Assembly: GCF_000018105.1 (NCBI RefSeq)
Contig: NC_009925.1
Coordinates: forward strand, 3,390,001-3,422,000
Direction: 5' to 3'
Source of the DNA: Acaryochloris marina MBIC11017
Lineage (GTDB): Bacteria > Cyanobacteriota > Cyanobacteriia > Thermosynechococcales > Thermosynechococcaceae
DNA: 32,000 nt
Each line of letters begins with the position of its first letter. Within the stretch, counting starts at the first letter, position 1. The notes beneath the pieces were generated by a model. The model worked only from the letters and a program-made list of their open reading frames with translations. It ran no database searches and was not told the origin of the DNA. Of this stretch, positions 26,630-32,000 are shown piece after piece. The position numbers and the translations under genes were made by a program.

Positions 26630-26705
26630 CGCCCGACTACTAGGTTGCTAAAGATTCGCAAAGCTCATTGATCTAGTCAGCAGCTATGGATGCAGGCTAC
26701 TTGTC

Positions 26706-26747
26706 TGCAAGCACAAATCAGGATCCTAGACCTGATTTGTGCTTGCA
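26706..26747. terminator. Perfect 17-bp stem / 8-nt loop hairpin between convergent genes (bidirectional terminator or protein-binding palindrome)
   Basis: tgcaagcacaaatcagg (26706-26722) and cctgatttgtgcttgca (26731-26747) are exact reverse complements. The loop is atcctaga. No U-tract follows on either strand. Confidence 0.45.
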
Positions 26748-26994
26748 CCGATTACTGATCAAATTGCCGATCAAAATACTCTAATAAGAACAATGTGGAA
26801 TAGGTGGCTAATGCCAAGGGCGCTAAAACGATTGAAAAACGGGGATCTAATAGTAAGTCAACAAAAATATGCATGGGATTTACTCCTGTGTATTGAGTTA
26901 ACCCACTTGAGCCTTTTTTGAAAAAGAGAAATAAAATCTTAGTTAGTCATATAAACGCCATAAAACAGTGAAAAACCATCAGAGGATTAAACCT

Positions 26995-27483
26995 TTAAGC
27001 ACTCAATGATTTAGGTTGCAACTGACTGAAAAACTGTTGGGCCTGTTCCGTGGCTTGTTGAACAACAGCCTGAGCTTTGTCAGATTGTCCTAACTGTTGA
27101 TAAAACTCATAGGCTTTTAGACTGACCATCTTTAAAGCTTTCGCCGCCTCAAAACGCAGACACTGCGAGTATTGGGTAGAACACATTAAGTCAATCGCTT
27201 GATCCAGTGCTTGCTGCATGGTCGTCTCTGCCGCCGGGACCTCATCAGATTTCAGCAAATTGTCAGCTAAATTATGACAAGCAATAACATAGGCATGAAT
27301 CGCCTCAGGGTGACGACGTTCTTGTTTCGCCGTCATCAACATTAGTTCTGCCAGGGACATCGCTTTCCGATAAGCTTGCTGAGCGTCTGCATACATGCCT
27401 GCCTGAAAACTTTGATTTCCTGCTTTGCTATGTAACTGCCAGCCCAGTTCATAGGATGAATAGGTCTGAGGGTTGTAGGTCAT
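26995..27483 (-). CDS. Hypothetical all-helical (TPR-like) protein
   Basis: 162 aa with an ATG start. It shows repeated helical Ala/Gln/Leu-rich units (..YADAQQAYRKAMSLAE.., ..SDKAQAVVQQATEQAQQFF..). I recognise no specific family. Confidence 0.5.
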   Translation of the reverse strand: MTYNPQTYSSYELGWQLHSKAGNQSFQAGMYADAQQAYRKAMSLAELMLMTAKQERRHPEAIHAYVIACHNLADNLLKSDEVPAAETTMQQALDQAIDLMCSTQYSQCLRFEAAKALKMVSLKAYEFYQQLGQSDKAQAVVQQATEQAQQFFSQLQPKSLSA

Positions 27484-27754
27484 TGTTTCAAAGAATGGTC
27501 TTGAGCTGTAATCAGTTAGTTGTCCATTATTTATCAGAAATAATTATCAGTTGAGTATTCACTCGGTAGATTCTGAAGCCAACTGTGATTGGTGATGTCC
27601 GTCTACAAGTCAGCGGTGGAGTAGCATCTTTCGATTTATAGATAATAGAAGAACCTAGCCTGATTGTTTTGTATGAAGTGTTTGATATTGAACACGATTG
27701 ATTTTTTGATGTACTTGAAGTCCACTCAAGTTGTATTGTTGCATAGTTGAAAAG

Positions 27755-27768
27755 TATTCTCAATAATT
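27755..27768. promoter_or_regulatory. Fur-box-like site in the 380-bp A/T-rich spacer upstream of the TPR-like gene
   Basis: tattctcaataatt is identical to the 14-mer at 6211-6224. TTATCAGaaataaTTATCAG also lies at 27531-27550. Confidence 0.3.
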
Positions 27769-27864
27769 TTGTGATGGCACTTACGAAATCTCTGTCAGCA
27801 TTTTCAAGATCATGTTGATTGAGATCGGATCGACAGGCTGTTTGAGAGGTCTAGGTTCGTAGGT

Positions 27865-29139
27865 TTAGTCCTTTGAAGACAGCTCTACCGATCTCAAGGG
27901 GCGACTCCCATAGCCACCGATGGCAATGAGCATTCCGCAGAGAGCAAAGATGGAAACCTGTAATGCCATCCCTGCTCCTAATCCTGTGCCAAAAATAGGT
28001 TCAAAGAAACCTGCTAATGCCCCACGGGGCTGCATGGCTGGTTCAAAGAAACGATCAGCTAACGGACCTGCGATCGCATATCCGATCGGACTACTCAACT
28101 GAGTTAAAAAAAAGCGAGTGGCAAACACACGCCCTTGCACCTCGGGTTCCACCTTTGACATCCAAATGGTTTGATTTGCACTGATAGGAAATGGAGAGCA
28201 GAATCCAGAAAACAGCGCCGTGCTAATTTTAGTGACGGTTTGTTGAGCCAGGGCTAGGACAATAATGCCAACCTTCCAGAGGGCACTGGCCATCAGAACA
28301 CTGTGAATCCGGCGCTGAGGACCGCCCCAAATGCTCAGGGTCAGTCCACCTAGGAGACCACCCAAACCAAAGAAAGCGAATAAGGTCCCCCACACGAGTG
28401 AATCATTGCCACTTCGAGCCAACACCATTGCAGGAAGAATTGCGAATGTTGCACTATCAACAAAGTTATTGATCACCCAAAAACTTAGCAAAGCCATCAG
28501 GCTAGGTCGACCCCAAAGATACTGAAAGCCAAAAGTCAGCGTTTGCCAAGGCGGCAGCTCATTGGATGGTGATGATTCTGGAGTCTGGGAAATATGAACT
28601 ATTCCCAGACTAGCGATAGCAACAAAAAAGGTGGTGATATCAATGGCGAGAATGCCGGTGAACCCAATGCTGGCATAAAGAGCACCCGCTAAAATGGGTG
28701 CCAGGATAAAGGTGCTCGACGTCTTTACAGAACCCAAGGCCGTGACCCGGCTATAGTGCTGTTTAGGAACAATCAATGTTAAGGAAGCTGTATAGGCTAA
28801 GCCCTGAATATAGCCAAATAAGCCATTAATCGCGCCAGTGATATAGAGATGCCAAACCTGTAAATGATCGGAAAGAAAGAGAGCTAATAATGCCAGGGTG
28901 GAACATCCTGCGACACAGTCACCGAGTAACATTAAATATTTGCGAGAATAGCGATCGACCCAAATCCCAGCAAAGGGCGCTATTAGTAGTTTAGGTATTT
29001 GGGTGAAAAGCATAATGAGGGAAAGTGGCGTAGCTCGTCCAGTGGTTTCCCAGGCCCAAAGCGTGGTAGCAAAGTTGGTCAGTTCTGAGCCTAGAAGAGA
29101 GGCAAATTGCCCTAGCCAGATGATAAGAAAGGTATGCAA
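27865..29139 (-). CDS. MFS transporter, MFS_3 / EntS-like (siderophore-exporter type)
   Basis: 424 aa with about 12 TM segments. The N-terminus LIIWLGQFASLLGSELTNFA...APFAGIWVDRYSRK is typical of the enterobactin-exporter-like MFS_3 family. The only in-frame start after an upstream stop is TTG 29139. Confidence 0.8.
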   Translation of the reverse strand: MHTFLIIWLGQFASLLGSELTNFATTLWAWETTGRATPLSLIMLFTQIPKLLIAPFAGIWVDRYSRKYLMLLGDCVAGCSTLALLALFLSDHLQVWHLYITGAINGLFGYIQGLAYTASLTLIVPKQHYSRVTALGSVKTSSTFILAPILAGALYASIGFTGILAIDITTFFVAIASLGIVHISQTPESSPSNELPPWQTLTFGFQYLWGRPSLMALLSFWVINNFVDSATFAILPAMVLARSGNDSLVWGTLFAFFGLGGLLGGLTLSIWGGPQRRIHSVLMASALWKVGIIVLALAQQTVTKISTALFSGFCSPFPISANQTIWMSKVEPEVQGRVFATRFFLTQLSSPIGYAIAGPLADRFFEPAMQPRGALAGFFEPIFGTGLGAGMALQVSIFALCGMLIAIGGYGSRPLRSVELSSKD

Positions 29140-29329
29140 AGGGGAAGCTCCTGATCACAGGCTCCGATTGTTACTCAATGACGATGGCAAGCTGAACTAG
29201 CTTAGAAGGGGGTAGGGTTTACTCACTAGAGATTTTGAGCCGGAAACACAGTCTTTTTGCGCCCCAAACGCATTTTGTGTGGAGTTGCCTTAGTGAAGTG
29301 CCTGGAATTCAGACCAGCGTTAGTTATAT

Positions 29330-30004
29330 CTACCGCTTACGAGCCAAAGTTATACCGTCTGCAATACCTAAGGTGCTGACATCGACCCGCTTATCTTGAT
29401 GCAGGCACTCATTGAGCGCTCGAATGGCCCTAGTATTGTGGTCTTGCATCATGGGTTGAGCGACTTTGCCTCCCCAAAGCACATTGTCAATGATGATCAG
29501 CCCTCCAGATCTCAGAAGTTGTAAACATTGCTCATAATAAGTTGGGTAATTTGGCTTATCCGCATCAATAAACGCAAAATCAAAGGTGCCGTTCTGGCCC
29601 GATGCGATTAACTGCTGAAGGGTTTCGGTCGCGGGAGCAATTCTCAGATCAATTTTGTCGGCTAGACCAGCCTGCTGCCAGTATCGACGTGCAACTGCTG
29701 TTGTCTTTTCGTTCACATCGCAGGTAATGATCCGACCATCGATTGGCAATGCTAGAGCCAACCACAGGGTGCTATAGCCGGTAAAGGTGCCAATCTCAAT
29801 TCCGTTCTTGGCCCCCATGAGTTGGATTAGCAGCGCCATTAACTGCCCTTGGTCGGGAGCAATTTGCATCATTCCGTCACGACGTTTGGCGGTTTCCTGT
29901 CGCAGTTGGTTAAGCAGCTGGGATTCTCGTAAGGAGATGGATAGCAGATAGTGGTAAAGAGTATCGCTGAGGCCAATGTTTTTATGATTTCTGCGCTTCC
30001 ACAT
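29330..30004 (-). CDS. Cation-dependent catechol/caffeoyl-CoA-type O-methyltransferase (family 3, PF01596-like)
   Basis: 224 aa. Motifs are GIEIGTFTGYSTLWLALAL (SAM motif), FAFIDADKPNYPTYY and IIIDNVLWGGKV (metal/catechol-binding Asp/Asn motifs). The ATG at 30004 overlaps the upstream binding-protein gene by 23 nt. Confidence 0.85.
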   Translation of the reverse strand: MWKRRNHKNIGLSDTLYHYLLSISLRESQLLNQLRQETAKRRDGMMQIAPDQGQLMALLIQLMGAKNGIEIGTFTGYSTLWLALALPIDGRIITCDVNEKTTAVARRYWQQAGLADKIDLRIAPATETLQQLIASGQNGTFDFAFIDADKPNYPTYYEQCLQLLRSGGLIIIDNVLWGGKVAQPMMQDHNTRAIRALNECLHQDKRVDVSTLGIADGITLARKR

Positions 30005-31040
30005 GCTTTCTAGTTTGGGGTGTGAGTAACTGCTGCTTGAGTTCGTTTAGATACAGCTCAGTCCCGATGGGGCCGGGTAAACCTAAACACAGATAGGCAG
30101 GGACAAAGTAGACTCGTCCGGATTTACTGGCCTTTAGAGATTGTGCGATCGCATTTTGCTGCCATGCCTGTTTGATGGGTTGAAGCTGCTGGTTGCTGAA
30201 CTCAGTGCCGCTATCTTTGGGGTTGAAATCATAACCGAACAAAATGATGGAGTTAGCAGCGTTGAGCTGGGGTAGCGTTTCGATAGAAAGAGTCGGATGC
30301 TGAGAAGCCTCTAAATCTTGTGGTTTTAATCCTTTTGGATAGACCAATTGAAAGCCCAAATCTTTGAGGAACGAACCACAAAAGCTGTTGGTATGACTGA
30401 TCAGCGTGAAGGACTGGGCATCAGCAGAGCTGAGCGCCAGCACCTTTGGATGGTCAGCAACCACAGGTTGAAAGGTGGTCTGAGCAGCCTGAAGTTGCTG
30501 TTTATTCTGAGCAACGAGCTGCTGGGCGCGATCTCGACGATCAAGAGCCTGGGCGATCGCCTGTAAATTGGTCTTACCGCCCTCAATTTTAAAGCTTAGG
30601 GTTGGGGCAATTTGGGTTAACGCCTGGTACTGATTGGTGGCTAGATCAGGAGCCAAAATTAGATCGGGTTGGGCCTTGAGAATCGCCTCTACTGAAGGCT
30701 GATAGGCTAAACCCACATTAACAGGCTGCGTTTTGACGCGGTTGCCCAAGTAAGGAATTTGCTCACTAGGTTTCTTATAGTCTCCTTGATGCAGCGTCAA
30801 GTGGTCGGCGTATCCAACTGGCTGGGCGCCCAAAGCTAGAACCTGTTCGAGTAAATAGGGACCCAGGACAACAATCCGTTGCGGCTGTCTACAAATCTCG
30901 GTCTTGCCCTGTTCATGAGTAATGGTGCGACAGCTTCCAAATTCTGCGGATGAAGGAGAATTTTTGGACGGCTCGGTCCGCTGGCAGGCGAGTAGACTCC
31001 CTGACAGCATGACTAGAAGTAGTAATTTAAAAAGTGACAT
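29982..31040 (-). CDS. Periplasmic iron-siderophore ABC substrate-binding lipoprotein (FecB/FhuD-like)
   Basis: About 352 aa. The lipobox is LSGSLLAC. Other motifs are ..PQRIVVLGPYLLEQVLALGAQPVG.. and ..KAQPDLILAP.. The ATG at 31040 shares one base with the TGA of the upstream TBDT (TGATG). The track lists TTG 31043. Confidence 0.85.
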   Translation of the reverse strand: MSLFKLLLLVMLSGSLLACQRTEPSKNSPSSAEFGSCRTITHEQGKTEICRQPQRIVVLGPYLLEQVLALGAQPVGYADHLTLHQGDYKKPSEQIPYLGNRVKTQPVNVGLAYQPSVEAILKAQPDLILAPDLATNQYQALTQIAPTLSFKIEGGKTNLQAIAQALDRRDRAQQLVAQNKQQLQAAQTTFQPVVADHPKVLALSSADAQSFTLISHTNSFCGSFLKDLGFQLVYPKGLKPQDLEASQHPTLSIETLPQLNAANSIILFGYDFNPKDSGTEFSNQQLQPIKQAWQQNAIAQSLKASKSGRVYFVPAYLCLGLPGPIGTELYLNELKQQLLTPQTRKHVEAQKS

Positions 31041-32000
31041 CAAAAGCTCACTGACACTGAACCTAAAATTGTGAACGGAGCACCAGGCGCATTCCCAAAG
31101 TCGCGAGAGTTGTTGGTGCTGGAAATGTATTCAACATTGAAAATGTTGGTAAAATTGAGGCCAAATCGCCAGTTATCTCGCTTGTAGAACAGTGCTGCAT
31201 TGGCCAGGCAATAGTCGCCAACTTGAAAGGTGTTGGCGTTGTCACCAAAGCGATCACCAACGTAATTAAATCCCAACCCAAAGCCCAGCCCTTCTAAATC
31301 ACCCTGCTGAATTTCATAGGTTGTCCACAGCCCAGCGCTATGGAGAGGAGCGTTAAAGAGGCGATTGCCCACCGGGATGTCATTGTCTTCAGTGACCCTA
31401 GCATCAGTGTAGGCATAGTTAGCAATGACGTTCCAGCCCGGTAAAATCTCTCCAGCAATATCCAGCTCAACGCCTTGGCTGCGCTGTTCTCCAGTGGCGA
31501 TCGAAAAAAATGGATTATTGGGGTCAGTGGTGGCTACGTTGCGCTTGGTGATATCGAAGTAAGCGAGGGTGGCAAACATATTGCCGTCTAAGAATTCACC
31601 TTTTACTCCCACCTCAAATCCAGAGGCTGTTTCTGGTCCCACAGTACCGCCGCCAACAAGCTGACCAAAGCTAGGGGTAAAGGATTCAGAGTAGTTGGCG
31701 TAAAGAGAGATGGTTTCGATGGGCTTAAAGATGAGACCAATTCTGGGACTCAGAGCTTGGTCGGATCGATTTTCACTGGTGTTTGTTAAGTTGCGAAAAT
31801 CAACGCTGTCGTACCGTAAACTTCCCACCAAAATAAATTTATCGAGGAAGCTAATTTGATCCTGAATAAAGACGCCAATGCGGTCGGTTTCATTTTCAAA
31901 GCCAGGGAAAAACGGGGCAGTACTGAGGTCTGGCCTGGGCACAGCGCCATAAACCGGATTAAAGATATTGAGAATAGTGGGTGTATTAAAGTCCAAGCGG
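31040..32000 (-). CDS. TonB-dependent siderophore receptor (FhuA-like), C-terminal part only. The N-terminus lies beyond the window.
   Basis: The frame is open to position 32000. Beta-barrel motifs are ..LSPRIGLIFKP..SLYANYSESF.., ..GEQRSQGVELDIAGEILPGWNVIANYAYTDARVTED.. and the terminal ..ILGSVSVSF. Confidence 0.9.
   Translation of the reverse strand, partial: RLDFNTPTILNIFNPVYGAVPRPDLSTAPFFPGFENETDRIGVFIQDQISFLDKFILVGSLRYDSVDFRNLTNTSENRSDQALSPRIGLIFKPIETISLYANYSESFTPSFGQLVGGGTVGPETASGFEVGVKGEFLDGNMFATLAYFDITKRNVATTDPNNPFFSIATGEQRSQGVELDIAGEILPGWNVIANYAYTDARVTEDNDIPVGNRLFNAPLHSAGLWTTYEIQQGDLEGLGFGLGFNYVGDRFGDNANTFQVGDYCLANAALFYKRDNWRFGLNFTNIFNVEYISSTNNSRDFGNAPGAPFTILGSVSVSF

Noticed and set aside
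26739-26921. 60-aa ORF downstream of the monooxygenase gene
   Set aside because: It starts inside the right arm of the 17-bp hairpin, and it has no SD and no motif.
27527-27763. 78-aa ORF in the A/T-rich spacer upstream of the TPR-like gene
   Set aside because: The composition is low-complexity and Ser/Ile/Thr-rich, there is no SD, and it overlaps the Fur-box-like sequences. It is more likely promoter DNA.
6211-27768. Identical 14-mer tattctcaataatt at 6211-6224 and 27755-27768, considered as proof of a shared operator
   Set aside because: By itself, a repeated 14-mer in 32 kb is expected a few times by chance (about N^2/4^14). I use it only as part of the broader 9-mer enrichment argument.
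1-32000. Search for CRISPR arrays, tRNA/rRNA genes, toxin-antitoxin or phage-defence gene pairs, and NRPS/PKS/IucA-type siderophore synthetases
   Set aside because: I saw none of these. There are no regularly spaced direct repeats and no cloverleaf-like or rRNA-like conserved stretches. There are no multi-kb modular ORFs and no small paired ORFs with recognisable toxin or antitoxin motifs.

Overview
Cyanobacterial DNA. The evidence is six copies of the HIP1 octamer GCGATCGC, IsiA/Pcb-type antenna genes and plastocyanin. The window reads as an iron-limitation / metal-sparing island.

(1) There are three TonB-dependent receptor (TBDT) modules. The first is 1-4984: AraC regulator, AMIN-domain TBDT, FecB-like binding protein. 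The second is 19723-24904: AraC regulator, AMIN-domain TBDT, PepSY membrane protein, O-methyltransferase. The third is 29330-32000: FhuA-like TBDT, FecB-like binding protein and a catechol-type O-methyltransferase, translationally coupled.

(2) Three tandem, mutually divergent CP43'/IsiA/Pcb antenna genes lie at 6642-10476. They are divergent from a sucrase/ferredoxin-like gene.

(3) A block at 11651-14116 holds plastocyanin, a Cys/His-rich orphan and a metal-independent class I aldolase. These are arranged around a perfect 21-bp palindrome.

(4) An accessory block at 14255-19478 holds two methyltransferases, a GNAT, a histidine-phosphatase lipoprotein and an IS630-family element with an A7 -1 frameshift site.

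(5) A kynurenine-3-monooxygenase-like flavoenzyme (25238-26629) and an EntS-type MFS exporter (27865-29139) follow.

A Fur-box-like core, ATTCTCAAT/ATTGAGAAT, recurs almost only in the promoters of these units. No NRPS/PKS, ABC permease/ATPase, TonB-ExbBD, tRNA, rRNA or CRISPR array was seen.

The most interesting candidates are three. First, a possible NRPS-independent, aromatic (kynurenine/catechol plus O-methylation) chelator or xenosiderophore-processing system linked to the receptors. Second, the palindrome-controlled orphan/petE/fda unit. Third, the three-paralog antenna array, including a copy with a 52-aa acidic disordered tail.

All functional calls rest on motif recognition by eye. 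No database search was run.
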